Positions 42,508 to 51,938 of a stretch of 64,000 bases of DNA are shown here, piece after piece (position 1 is the stretch's first letter; each line of letters begins with the position of its first letter). The position numbers and the translations under genes were made by a program. The stretch lies in IMG/VR virus record IMGVR_UViG_3300032321_000801; one strand, written 5' to 3'. The notes below the pieces were generated by a model. That model saw only the letters and a list, made by a program, of their open reading frames with translations. It ran no database searches and had not been told where the DNA came from. This DNA is from an uncultured virus (IMG/VR IMGVR_UViG_3300032321_000801) (lineage: Duplodnaviria; Heunggongvirae; Uroviricota; Caudoviricetes).

Positions 42508-43491
42508 TTAGTTATCTCCTCGACAAGTAGGGCAGTCAAACTCAATTTCGCCTCCGCCTTCACTAGAATCTTGCATATCGACGTTTCTTAGTGTGACGTT
42601 ACCGTTAGAAAACCTAGAAATAAGTTCGGTAGTTCGTAGTCGACCCGCAGATTCTCCGCTAGGATAGTGCCAGTTCCACGTGTCGCCCCTATTAGGACCT
42701 GCGTCTATGTCTCGTTGTAAATACTCTGTACTAAGTCCCCAAGCAATAAGTGAGACTTTTCTTGTTCCGCCGCACGTGTCGCATACGCTCCTGCTTCTGG
42801 ATTCGGCTCCCCCAGACGCCGACGTTGCGTTAACTTGCCTTGCGTTATTTTGTTCATTATTTGCCAACAAAATATTTTTATGAATCAAATTAGAACGAAC
42901 CAAATCTCTTCCACGGCGGTCTGCTACACCTTGTAGGTCTCTTCTATGTTGGTACTCAATTGCGTCGCTCCCCATCTCTGTTTCTGGCGTTCCTCTTTCC
43001 CCTTTAAACATAGGAATTACTTCTTTTGGTGTGCGTCCAAACTCAATTTTTCTGGGGGGGACTCCTTCGGGAATAGACCACGGGTGCGACCTAAACCCAC
43101 TTCCTTCGGGATGAAGTTTGTTCTGAAGTGCCCATCCAGAAACAGTTTGAATTGCGGAGTCGGTTGGTCCTCCAATTCCCGTTGCTTGAGCGTAGTTCCA
43201 TGCAGAAGTCAACAGTCTTGCCGCACTAAACCCTCCTTTTGCGTGAACGGGGGATACGTTTATCAGAGACTTACCAGTCGTGTGGTCCCACGAAAGAAAC
43301 CCTACCGATGACCCGCTTTCTTTGTGAATTAAGTGGGCAGAAACAGAGGACTCATCAGGATGAAGAAACTCTATATCGTAGGCTGCGCTTCCATTTTTTT
43401 CGTCATGTTTACGCAAACCTTCTGCAATAGGCGACAGTCTTTCGGCGGCACGTGAGTACTCAAGAGGAAGAATTTCTGGTGATTTAGGCAT
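42508..43491 (-). CDS. GNAT-like / Zn-clasp paralog 3
   Basis: 'SVGFLSW...VSPVHAKGG..ARLLTSAW...GGP'. CDTCGG...CPTC. Confidence 0.7.
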   Translation of the reverse strand: MPKSPEILPLEYSRAAERLSPIAEGLRKHDEKNGSAAYDIEFLHPDESSVSAHLIHKESGSSVGFLSWDHTTGKSLINVSPVHAKGGFSAARLLTSAWNYAQATGIGGPTDSAIQTVSGWALQNKLHPEGSGFRSHPWSIPEGVPPRKIEFGRTPKEVIPMFKGERGTPETEMGSDAIEYQHRRDLQGVADRRGRDLVRSNLIHKNILLANNEQNNARQVNATSASGGAESRSRSVCDTCGGTRKVSLIAWGLSTEYLQRDIDAGPNRGDTWNWHYPSGESAGRLRTTELISRFSNGNVTLRNVDMQDSSEGGGEIEFDCPTCRGDN

Positions 43492-43504
43492 TTATGAATT
43501 CCTT

Positions 43505-44785
43505 CTAAAAATCTCTGGTACGCAAACGGGGAGCAGGTCTTCCTGCACATGGAACAGACAAAAATATGTCGCTAACATTATCCTCATCGTCTCCGTCACG
43601 AATAAGGTTTACGATTCCCGTGTGGCGAATTTCGGCATCACGAAGGGTTACGCTTGCGTCGCTGTGATGTTCAGACGTCCATGTTCTTGTATTACCTGAA
43701 TTTGCAAACTGATTTCTTAAATCAAGGTCAGTTCTAATGTCATCGGCTCCGCTCAATTCGTCTTCACTGAGCGACGGGCGAAGTCGAATAAATGAGTTAC
43801 CATAGCAATGGTTACACCCCACGTGCTCACTGCCAGTAGCCATTCTTGGATGTAGTTCTTCTGTTCCTACGTGCCAACCGCTTGTTGTTGGGTTTTCTAC
43901 ACTTCTTTGCAAAACTTGTTGCGGGCTTTGTTCTGCTTCTTCTGGTTCAACCTGTAGGTTTATTTCTGAACTTTGGTTAGTTCTTGATACGCTATTCCCT
44001 CGGATTCGTCCTGTAATTCTTCCCGCGTTAAACTCAAATGAATTGTAGTCCAAAGGTCGGTCGTCAGTTCCCGCAAAGCCAGGCACGGACCCCCTTAACA
44101 CATTTGAAATTCTGTCGTAATCATTCTGGTTTGCTAACCGATTTTGGTCATGGTAAGAGTCGGAGGGAATTCTAAACCCAAAATCTTTTCCCGTATTAGG
44201 GTCTACCCGACGACCTGCTTCATAGCGGTCGCTATGCTGGTCTTGAATGTATTCGGGGAACAACATGCTGGTCAAAACAAAACTAAAGTTACTCATACTG
44301 CTTGTCTTTGTTGGACCCGCCGTTCTCGTTCGACGAGCCGCCTCCCACCCCGCCTTTAAAAGACCCATTGCAGTTAGTCCCATGTTCAATGAGTCGTTAT
44401 CAACGTGCATGACGTCAATGCCGCCGTTATCTCTGTCCCATTGAAGGTGTCCAACAGCGCGACCAGTTTTGCGCTCAAAAGCAACGACCCCACCAGGAGC
44501 CGCAACAAATCGGTGTGTTCCTGCGCCGCGCATTGCTTGACCCATGCTTAACGCGTCTATTCTTCTCAACACTTTGTCATAAGCGTGAGGTGCTTCACTC
44601 ATATTTTCAAATTTTGTGTCTTCAAACACTTGCGCTTGCGCCGCACGTTGTCTACGCCTTCTCTCTAACCCGCGCTCGTCGCGGTCGGGAATTTGGTGCA
44701 GTTCACTGTCGGCTAGGTGGCTCCAGTCGGCTACGTGGTCGTTAGCGTTAACAGTAACGTCAAACTCTTCATTGTTATTAGGCAT
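43505..44785 (-). CDS. GNAT-like / Zn-clasp paralog 4
   Basis: 'AVGHLQW...GLLKAGW...AGP'. CNHCYG, with a degenerate second pair. Start MPNNNEEF. Confidence 0.7.
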   Translation of the reverse strand: MPNNNEEFDVTVNANDHVADWSHLADSELHQIPDRDERGLERRRRQRAAQAQVFEDTKFENMSEAPHAYDKVLRRIDALSMGQAMRGAGTHRFVAAPGGVVAFERKTGRAVGHLQWDRDNGGIDVMHVDNDSLNMGLTAMGLLKAGWEAARRTRTAGPTKTSSMSNFSFVLTSMLFPEYIQDQHSDRYEAGRRVDPNTGKDFGFRIPSDSYHDQNRLANQNDYDRISNVLRGSVPGFAGTDDRPLDYNSFEFNAGRITGRIRGNSVSRTNQSSEINLQVEPEEAEQSPQQVLQRSVENPTTSGWHVGTEELHPRMATGSEHVGCNHCYGNSFIRLRPSLSEDELSGADDIRTDLDLRNQFANSGNTRTWTSEHHSDASVTLRDAEIRHTGIVNLIRDGDDEDNVSDIFLSVPCAGRPAPRLRTRDF

Positions 44786-45947
44786 CCGAGGCTCTTCCAC
44801 TACCGCCGCATGTATTGCACGTTTGTTTTGCAATTACGGCATTATCGTAAACAGTTACTTCTTTTATATTTTCGCCTCTTAAATCGTCCATACTTTGTAT
44901 AAGGGTTGTTCGCTCTCCCGCCCTGGGGTGAACAACAGAGTGACTAGGGTGTGCACTTACGTCGGGTTCAAACTTAAACGCTCCCATTAAACTTCCAGAT
45001 TCTCCCCTAGAGATTGAACTAACCGCTTCTTGGTCTAGCGGGGCACTAAGGACGTGGTGCCCACGACCCCCACAGTTAGAGCATGCCCCAGGCGGAACGC
45101 TGGGCGGCGCATCATCGTTTTCACCACTTGGAGCGCTTTCTGAATTAGCAAGAATTGAGTTTACTAATTCATTTCTACTTGGAAGATTGGGAGAATAGTT
45201 ACCTTTAACTGTCGTCGAGGTTGGAATAGATGAAAGCGAAGCCCGTGCTGCGCGGTAATCCCTTGCACTGTTATTCTGTGCCCGTCTTGATTGAAAATCT
45301 TCCTCGTTTGAGGTTGCCATTTGGGAATTTTCAGTCTCAAGAAAAGGTCTTAAACGTTCGCCTCTTCGGTCTAAGATTCGAGGAGTTGCGTTTAAGGCAT
45401 CTCTTAGACCGCTGTAAGTAGCCGTGTACTCTTCTTGAGTAATGTCTTTGGAGGGAATTCCCGCAGATGTTCTTTCTTGACTATACGGAGATTCAGAAAA
45501 TCCAGGATAAGAAGGGTTGTGCGCCCGCTGCAGTCTCCATGCAGCCGCAGGAAGAACTTTCCCCCCAATTGGTCCAGAACTTCTGTCAGCGCTGGCATAG
45601 TTCCACGCTTCTTGTAAAAGTTTTGCAGCGGATTTACCGTTTTGACGATGTTGCGAAACAATTTGAAAGTCATCAATATTGCCCGTTTCTTTATTCCAAA
45701 GAATGTGACCAACAGCAACGCGGTCCGAAATTCCGTGAGTTAACACAGCAATGCTATGGGATTGCCCGAAGTCCCTCACATCAACACCGTAGAATGAACC
45801 CAAGCGATTTGCCGCTTTTCCTACACGCTTGTTTACGTAGTCAACCGCCTTGGCACTATCGGAAATGGAACTAGGTCCTACGGGCGCAAGAATTTCACCC
45901 AAGTTTTCGGGCAAATTTGGGTTACCCCTGAATACGTTATCGGGCAT
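44778..45947 (-). CDS. GNAT-like / Zn-clasp paralog 5
   Basis: 'AVGHILW...SQHRQNG..AKLLQEAW...SGP'. CSNCGGRG...CNTCGGSG. Confidence 0.7.
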   Translation of the reverse strand: MPDNVFRGNPNLPENLGEILAPVGPSSISDSAKAVDYVNKRVGKAANRLGSFYGVDVRDFGQSHSIAVLTHGISDRVAVGHILWNKETGNIDDFQIVSQHRQNGKSAAKLLQEAWNYASADRSSGPIGGKVLPAAAWRLQRAHNPSYPGFSESPYSQERTSAGIPSKDITQEEYTATYSGLRDALNATPRILDRRGERLRPFLETENSQMATSNEEDFQSRRAQNNSARDYRAARASLSSIPTSTTVKGNYSPNLPSRNELVNSILANSESAPSGENDDAPPSVPPGACSNCGGRGHHVLSAPLDQEAVSSISRGESGSLMGAFKFEPDVSAHPSHSVVHPRAGERTTLIQSMDDLRGENIKEVTVYDNAVIAKQTCNTCGGSGRASDA

Positions 45948-45959
45948 TCTTATCCAATG

Positions 45960-46064
45960 CTAGAAGGTAATCGGAACGCCATCGATTTCGTCAGTGCCAC
46001 CCGACATTGACAATTTTTCTAGAAGTTGAGCGGAAAACTCTGCCGCCGCGTCTCTATCTGTCAT
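45960..46064 (-). CDS. 34-aa hypothetical protein
   Basis: Manual translation: MTDRDAAAEFSAQLLEKL... SD AGGAGA and a late-promoter motif upstream. Confidence 0.45.
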   Translation of the reverse strand: MTDRDAAAEFSAQLLEKLSMSGGTDEIDGVPITF

Positions 46065-46132
46065 TTTTTTCTCCTGTTTAACAAATTTAAAAGTGTAAAC
46101 CAAGTTTACCGTTGTGTGCGTTTCCTGTATGG

Positions 46133-46975
46133 CTAATTGTTTCGGTACTTCCGTATCATCTGAGAAAGAGTCATGGCACTTTCTTGAAGTTTGGGAATAG
46201 CGTTTACGCCCCTTGGCTCAACCCTAGGTTCATCTAAGTTAACAATTTCAGGTTTACGGAAAAAACCTCTTGAAGTAACACCTTGATTGGCAAGTTTAGC
46301 AAACTGACGTTGGTGAAGTACTTCGCCAGATACGGCACGGAAAACTTTGCTAAATGCCCAGGAATGACCTATGTCGTTTAAATCGGGAGTGCTCCACGGG
46401 TACTCTTTGCTGTCAACAAACATCCGTCCCAAATTAGACACTAGATGCGCGGTTTCGTGACCGACAACTTCTTCGTCTGTTCCAATTTGTTTGTGACCAG
46501 GCGAAACTTCTCTATTAAAGAATATGTGCCCAGTCATAGGATTAAACATTCCCGATGAAAACAATTCTCCTGTTGATACTTGTTTTTCAAATTCTGCCTG
46601 TTTAGCAGCAGTGGAATAGAATTGTTTTTTCCAACCCTCAAGGTCTAAGACATGGACTGAATCTGGAGTCCACAAACGTCGAAGATTGTCAATTTGAGGC
46701 ATGTCATCCATTGCAGAATCGTGGATAATCCCCGCGACCATGTCTCGCGCCTGTGACTCTCGAAGCCTGTTAGTACCAAACTGCCAGTTGCGAGAATGCG
46801 CCGCCCCCTCGTGCAGAGCATTGTCTGCGGCACGGTATACGAGAGGGGCTGCCTTAGCCTCGGCTCGTGTTCCTGGGATATATCCTTGAGTATCTCTAAT
46901 CTGTGCAAAGTTAACGGGTCTAAACCTCTTGTTACCTACAGAGGAGAATTTAATGAATTCTTCAAAATGACCCAT
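46133..46975 (-). CDS. Zincin-like metallopeptidase (HExxH)
   Basis: 'VVGHETAHL...GHSWAF'. Leaderless pattern TATACT-N6-ATG. Confidence 0.65.
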   Translation of the reverse strand: MGHFEEFIKFSSVGNKRFRPVNFAQIRDTQGYIPGTRAEAKAAPLVYRAADNALHEGAAHSRNWQFGTNRLRESQARDMVAGIIHDSAMDDMPQIDNLRRLWTPDSVHVLDLEGWKKQFYSTAAKQAEFEKQVSTGELFSSGMFNPMTGHIFFNREVSPGHKQIGTDEEVVGHETAHLVSNLGRMFVDSKEYPWSTPDLNDIGHSWAFSKVFRAVSGEVLHQRQFAKLANQGVTSRGFFRKPEIVNLDEPRVEPRGVNAIPKLQESAMTLSQMIRKYRNN

Positions 46976-47025
46976 AAATTAAGTATAGGGAGCCACCCGC
47001 AAGATGGCTCCCTATACCTTACTGT

Positions 47026-47667
47026 TTAGTAATCGTATACGCGGGTAAAAGTTGCCGTACCAGGTACTGAACTAACTTTTGTGATAATGGTGTCTCGATT
47101 AGGGTTGTAAGCGTGAACTGCCTTACCATTACCAATGTAGATACCAGAATGGTAACCGTCTCCCCAGACAACGATGTCGCCTGGTCGAGGGTCAGTCACT
47201 TGGGGTCCTACGTATCGTTGTGACCCCGCGCTATGTGGTACATCTATTCCTAACTTGGAATACATCCACTTAACTAATCCAGAGCAGTCCCACCCGCTAA
47301 GGGTGCTACCGCTGAGGACGTATGGTGTTTTGCCTACTTGATTAACCACTGCTTTAATAGCGTCGTCTAATCGTTTGATTCGCTCTTCGCGAACTGCCTT
47401 GTCATGCGCGATTTTAGCCTGTTTAACAAGTTTGTCATGGGCAGATTGCCATTCCGCTTGTTGTTCGGGGCTGAGAGTATCCCACTCATCAAGAAGGATA
47501 GTGGGGTTAATAGCGGCGTCACTAATGACCTCGCCTGGGAAATAGCCGTTAGACTCTATTTCTTGTGTTATTGCGGGGGATTCAACCCCCATGCCCTCGC
47601 TAGTGTTGGCTGTTGCTGGTACGATAGCGGCGCTACCTGCCAGTGTTAATGCAATCATCCATTTCAT
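47026..47667 (-). CDS. NlpC/P60 peptidoglycan hydrolase with signal peptide
   Basis: 'TPYV..G...WDCSGLV', 'PRPGDIV', 'HSGIYIGNG..VHA'. Hydrophobic N-terminus. Confidence 0.9.
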   Translation of the reverse strand: MKWMIALTLAGSAAIVPATANTSEGMGVESPAITQEIESNGYFPGEVISDAAINPTILLDEWDTLSPEQQAEWQSAHDKLVKQAKIAHDKAVREERIKRLDDAIKAVVNQVGKTPYVLSGSTLSGWDCSGLVKWMYSKLGIDVPHSAGSQRYVGPQVTDPRPGDIVVWGDGYHSGIYIGNGKAVHAYNPNRDTIITKVSSVPGTATFTRVYDY

Positions 47668-47809
47668 TTAGCGACCTACCTTTCCTTGGTAGTTAGTACT
47701 CGGTCGTTTATTGTCTTGGTGTAACAAAAAGGTCACCTTATCTCTAAGATGACCTTCTAATACAGTAGCACACTTGTCAGTAAATTGCTACAAAAGCGGC
47801 TAAATACGC

Positions 47810-48016
47810 TTACATTCCGCCGCCTTCTCCTCCTCCGCTATCGCCAGACTCCCCCTCAGAACCATCGTTGTCGTCAGACTGCTGCCCTCCAGTAGACCCA
47901 GAACCGCCGTAATAGCCCCCGTAGTAACCTCCATAACCATAGACGCCATACGCCCCGTAATAGGGGTATAAAGCGGCAAGAGCGCCGTGATGAAAGTGCT
48001 TACGTCTGTGTTTCAT
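47810..48016 (-). CDS. Low-complexity Tyr/Gly-rich small protein
   Basis: MKHRRKHFHH...YGYGGYYGGYYGG, then an acidic Gly/Ser tail. Confidence 0.5.
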   Translation of the reverse strand: MKHRRKHFHHGALAALYPYYGAYGVYGYGGYYGGYYGGSGSTGGQQSDDNDGSEGESGDSGGGEGGGM

Positions 48017-48023
48017 AGGTTTC

Positions 48024-48479
48024 TTACTGACGCTTCCGTCTAGGGACATAATTGGCGGGTTGAGGACCTTCGTAGGAAGCCATATCTGGTCCAGTAAGTT
48101 GACCAGGATACGGCACTTTTGGACGTTTTTGGGAGGGTGTTGTTGCCCTTCCCACTGCATACCGAATAAGGGGACCCGCCATGTGCTCGTGCCCCTCCGC
48201 CATTTCGGTTCCCGATGTGCCGTCAGTGATGCCAGCAAATCTTCCAGCAAAAACTCCGCCCGTTACCCCCCGTTTGTATAGCATGTAGCGGAAGTCTCCG
48301 CCGTGTACAGACCGAACATAATAGTCTTCATATCCAGGCAACGTTTCAGTGTAAGTGTCCGACGCATAACGTCGGGTTTTTCTCTTGTCGTCTCCTCCAG
48401 GAATGTTCTGACGCACCGTTCGAGAAATATCTAACGCTTTTTTAAGGAACTGTTGTCCCACGTGCTGTTTACTGACCAC
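48024..48479 (-). CDS. Hypothetical protein with N-terminal GQQF motif
   Basis: MVSKQHVGQQF. SD AAGGA. Confidence 0.6.
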   Translation of the reverse strand: MVSKQHVGQQFLKKALDISRTVRQNIPGGDDKRKTRRYASDTYTETLPGYEDYYVRSVHGGDFRYMLYKRGVTGGVFAGRFAGITDGTSGTEMAEGHEHMAGPLIRYAVGRATTPSQKRPKVPYPGQLTGPDMASYEGPQPANYVPRRKRQ

Positions 48480-48584
48480 TTTAATTCCTTATTCCGCTTG
48501 TTTCTTGCAAATTACCGTACAAGTAGTCGCCAAAAGAACCTCTGGGACCACCGTATATGCGATTACCAAATTGATGACTTAACA

Positions 48585-49724
48585 TTAACGATTATCTTGG
48601 TGGTTAGGGAATCCAGGATTGTCAAGGTGACCACAGGCAGGACACGGCTTACGCCACATGGGGCGTACTACTTCTGCTCCGCTTTCGTCTTGGGCACGGA
48701 TAACTCCGTCTTGTGTATACCCCTCTTTTTGTGGAGAATGATTTAGCACTACGTGATAGCCAGGATGGTCGTATTCAAATTCGTGGTCATTGCCCTCACT
48801 GTCGTAGCCCGTAACTGTTTGCGACCCGTGTTCTACATAATTTCCAGGACCAGTAAACTTTACTACGTATCCGTCTTCTGTTCGTTGCGTTTGAGTTTGA
48901 GGAGCAAGGCGGCTTTCTCCCGCGCCATTACAGGTTTCGCAAGGTTCTCCAATGTCGTAACGATGGTTCTCCCACGCCTCGTCGTTTAGGCGTTCCCAGC
49001 GGTCTTCGTCGTCTTCGTCGTCTTCGTTCTCGCCTTCGTAGTTCTCGCGGTCATTCTCGCGGGCGTAGTTACTTTGTCTATACTCATACGCTTCAGGATT
49101 GAATTTCTTCATAATTTTACCGCTGTAATCACTGAGGTCTTCCGCAGCGGCAGGACCAACGTGACCCCGTGTTCGCGATACGTCCCAGGCTTCTTGTAAA
49201 AGTTTTGTCGTCATATGGCGGTGTCCCACATTTACGTCCAGCCCACCAACGTGACCGTCGTTACCATCCCAAGAAACGCTGCCAACTTCTGTTCCTTTAT
49301 GTGCTAATTTCATCATGTATTCACTGCCGTATTGTTCTCGCGGGGCGCTAATTAGATGCACGGAGTAGTCCCCGTGAGAAAGCGGACGACGGCGCTGTTT
49401 ACTAAATATTGGTTCTATTCTATTTATGAACTGTTGACCAATATTTGCGTCATCGGCATGAATGGGGTGCTCTCGCGCTATGGCATCCCTATCCTCATGC
49501 TGTTCCCAGTCAATTCCTTCGAGGTAGTTCTTATCGGTGTAGTTTGCTCTTTCGGGAACTTTAAACCGAAGTTTTGCGTACCTATCGTCTTCCTCGCGGG
49601 GAATTCCCGTCCAATCGTCAATTCCTTCTAAATAGACATTACTTCGAGCGGACCGCCACGAAATCATAGGGCTGTTTAGCGCAGTATCAATATGAAGCGG
49701 TTCCCACGGTCTTTCTTCTGACAA
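48585..49724 (-). CDS. GNAT-like / Zn-clasp paralog 6
   Basis: 'NIGQQF', 'EVGSVSW...GHRHMTTKLLQEAW...GPA'. CETCNGAG...CPAC. Confidence 0.75.
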   Translation of the reverse strand: MSEERPWEPLHIDTALNSPMISWRSARSNVYLEGIDDWTGIPREEDDRYAKLRFKVPERANYTDKNYLEGIDWEQHEDRDAIAREHPIHADDANIGQQFINRIEPIFSKQRRRPLSHGDYSVHLISAPREQYGSEYMMKLAHKGTEVGSVSWDGNDGHVGGLDVNVGHRHMTTKLLQEAWDVSRTRGHVGPAAAEDLSDYSGKIMKKFNPEAYEYRQSNYARENDRENYEGENEDDEDDEDRWERLNDEAWENHRYDIGEPCETCNGAGESRLAPQTQTQRTEDGYVVKFTGPGNYVEHGSQTVTGYDSEGNDHEFEYDHPGYHVVLNHSPQKEGYTQDGVIRAQDESGAEVVRPMWRKPCPACGHLDNPGFPNHQDNR

Positions 49725-49791
49725 GATGCGTCCCTAAAAATTAATTAATACCCTCATAAATAGGGTATCAATCACTTTAACGTCTGACTAT

Positions 49792-50649
49792 CTAAAAGTC
49801 GACAGCGTCTCCGTCACAAGTGGGGCAGGTTTTAGTGCCCAGGTCGGAATTTGCACCCTGACTTCCCATATCGTAGCCGTGCTCTGCGGGGTTGTATCCT
49901 TCGGGCTTGTAGGTTCCGTGGTCGGGATGCCGAGTAATTTGCATAAAGCGATGGTTTTCGTCTTCATCAACAGCGTAATGGTCTTGCGTAGCAACTTCCT
50001 GCCACTGCCCGTTCTCTCGTTTGTGAAGAACGCTTTGACCAACACCGTTGCAGTCATGGCACATGTATGCGTTACGCCTCCACGATTCTTCGAGTTCTTC
50101 TCCGAGGCGTTCGTGTCGTTCATCAGGTCTTTCGCCGTTTTCGTCTCTCTCCCCGTACATAGCGTCGTATTCTTCGTCCTCGGCGTATCCCGATTGTCGA
50201 TAAGATTCAGACTCAGGGTTGTACTTTTTAACGATAGGTCCGCTAAAGTTGTTAATAGTGTCGGAGGTAGCAGGACCGTAGGAGCCAACTTGACGGGCGT
50301 GGTCCCAGGCTTCTGATAGTAACTTAGCCGTCATATGGCGATGTCCTGGGCGGATGTCTAATCCGTTAACGTATCCAGTGCCAGGGTTCCATGTCACGCC
50401 GCCGATAATTTCGCCGTTATGTTTTAGGTTTATTATTGCGGAACGCTGTCCGATAAAGTCATGAACTCCCGCAGGGTCTGCTATGTGAATAGAGTAGCCA
50501 TTACCTAATGGTCGATTCCTCATTTTATCCATAAGAGGGGTGACTCTATTAATGAACTGTTGCCCAACATCCATCGATTCACCATTTTCGTCCTTATCAG
50601 GGACGATGGGGTACTTGCGATTAAACTCTTCGTTAGACATCTCAGGCAT
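49792..50649 (-). CDS. GNAT-like / Zn-clasp paralog 7
   Basis: 'DVGQQF', 'IIGGVTW...GHRHMTAKLLSEAW...GPA'. CHDCNGVG...CPTC. Confidence 0.75.
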   Translation of the reverse strand: MPEMSNEEFNRKYPIVPDKDENGESMDVGQQFINRVTPLMDKMRNRPLGNGYSIHIADPAGVHDFIGQRSAIINLKHNGEIIGGVTWNPGTGYVNGLDIRPGHRHMTAKLLSEAWDHARQVGSYGPATSDTINNFSGPIVKKYNPESESYRQSGYAEDEEYDAMYGERDENGERPDERHERLGEELEESWRRNAYMCHDCNGVGQSVLHKRENGQWQEVATQDHYAVDEDENHRFMQITRHPDHGTYKPEGYNPAEHGYDMGSQGANSDLGTKTCPTCDGDAVDF

Positions 50650-51938
50650 TACATGTTCCTTTGTGCTCGGTCAACCTGCTCGTGGTACTCGTTGTTGTCT
50701 TCGTGTGCAGGGAACCCAGGATGAGGCAAATAACCACACTCTGTACAGGGTTTTTCCCAAGTAGGAGCGTCTCCCCAGTTACCTCCTGTAGGCACGTACC
50801 CGTGAGCCGCTGGGTGGGCTTGTGCGCCAAGATGTGCCGTACCAAAGTAGGGGTGCGTAAATGAGAGAGTAACCTCGCCGCTGTCATTGTCGTGGCATCG
50901 TTCGGTTGACGTAGCCTGTTCTACGAAAATTCCGTTAGGCGTTCTTCTGTTGAGGTCGTGGTTCCAAGACGTGTCTTCCACCATGACGCTTTTGCCCGTT
51001 CCTCCGCACTCTTCACATGGACGACCGTGCCAGTATTCGTGGTTCGATTCGGCGTCTTGATAACGTTCTTCTTCGGTAGGTCCGTCGTCGAAGTCCGTCC
51101 CCTCTTCATGCGGGTAGTGGTCGTACTCCTCAGCAGTTTCTTGGTCCCAGTTGCGGTTATCGTACTCGTAGGCGTAATCACTAGCCTTGTACTCTTCGGC
51201 AAAAGGATTGTACTTTTTCATAATCTTGCCGCTAAACTTACTGAGATTATCCGAAGCGGCAGGACCGTATTCGTTGTTTCGACGAGAAATATCCCACGCC
51301 TCTTGAAGAAGTTTGAGTGTCATGTGTCGGTGTTCGTTGGGGTTGCCGTTGTCACCCTCAACGGGTCCAAGCCAATTGGTGTGCCCAGTGCGGGGGTCCC
51401 AACGAGCAGTTAAGACGGGCAAGCCTTTATGGAATAGGTGCAGGGCGCGACCATCTACCTTTCCGTTATCATATGTTTCTTCTTGAGCAAAATGGTAATC
51501 GTGGGAAAGCGGACGGCTACGCATCTTGTTAAATAGCGGAGTGTTTTTTTGTATAAACGTTCTGCTAATATTTTTGTCGTGCTCACCATCTAGTTCAATT
51601 GGGTGGTCACGGTCCATATTTTCGCTAAAGGGTGTCCAATCAATACCGTCTACATAGTTATGCGGTTCGGGAGGATTATACGGGGTTAAAGACATGTTGC
51701 GATTTCGACGTCTTCCCTGTGGAATTCCCCCGCCGTCACCCATGCCAGAGAACCAGACTTCTCTACCCATACCAGGAAGATAGCCGTCTTCTTCTCGCTC
51801 CCGCTCTAGACGTTGCTCACTCTCGGTTTGGTCGCCCTGAGGACCAATGTATCGATGCATAGGGCTGTTCCTATAGAACGCTTCTTCTTCAGGTGTAGGC
51901 GGCATTACTTTAGACCTCTTCCATCGCATGTAGGACAC
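50649..51938 (-). CDS. GNAT-like / Zn-clasp paralog 8
   Basis: 'EHRHMTLKLLQEAW...GPAASDNLS'. CEECGGTG...CTEC. The true start may be MPPTP. Confidence 0.75.
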   Translation of the reverse strand: MSYMRWKRSKVMPPTPEEEAFYRNSPMHRYIGPQGDQTESEQRLEREREEDGYLPGMGREVWFSGMGDGGGIPQGRRRNRNMSLTPYNPPEPHNYVDGIDWTPFSENMDRDHPIELDGEHDKNISRTFIQKNTPLFNKMRSRPLSHDYHFAQEETYDNGKVDGRALHLFHKGLPVLTARWDPRTGHTNWLGPVEGDNGNPNEHRHMTLKLLQEAWDISRRNNEYGPAASDNLSKFSGKIMKKYNPFAEEYKASDYAYEYDNRNWDQETAEEYDHYPHEEGTDFDDGPTEEERYQDAESNHEYWHGRPCEECGGTGKSVMVEDTSWNHDLNRRTPNGIFVEQATSTERCHDNDSGEVTLSFTHPYFGTAHLGAQAHPAAHGYVPTGGNWGDAPTWEKPCTECGYLPHPGFPAHEDNNEYHEQVDRAQRNM

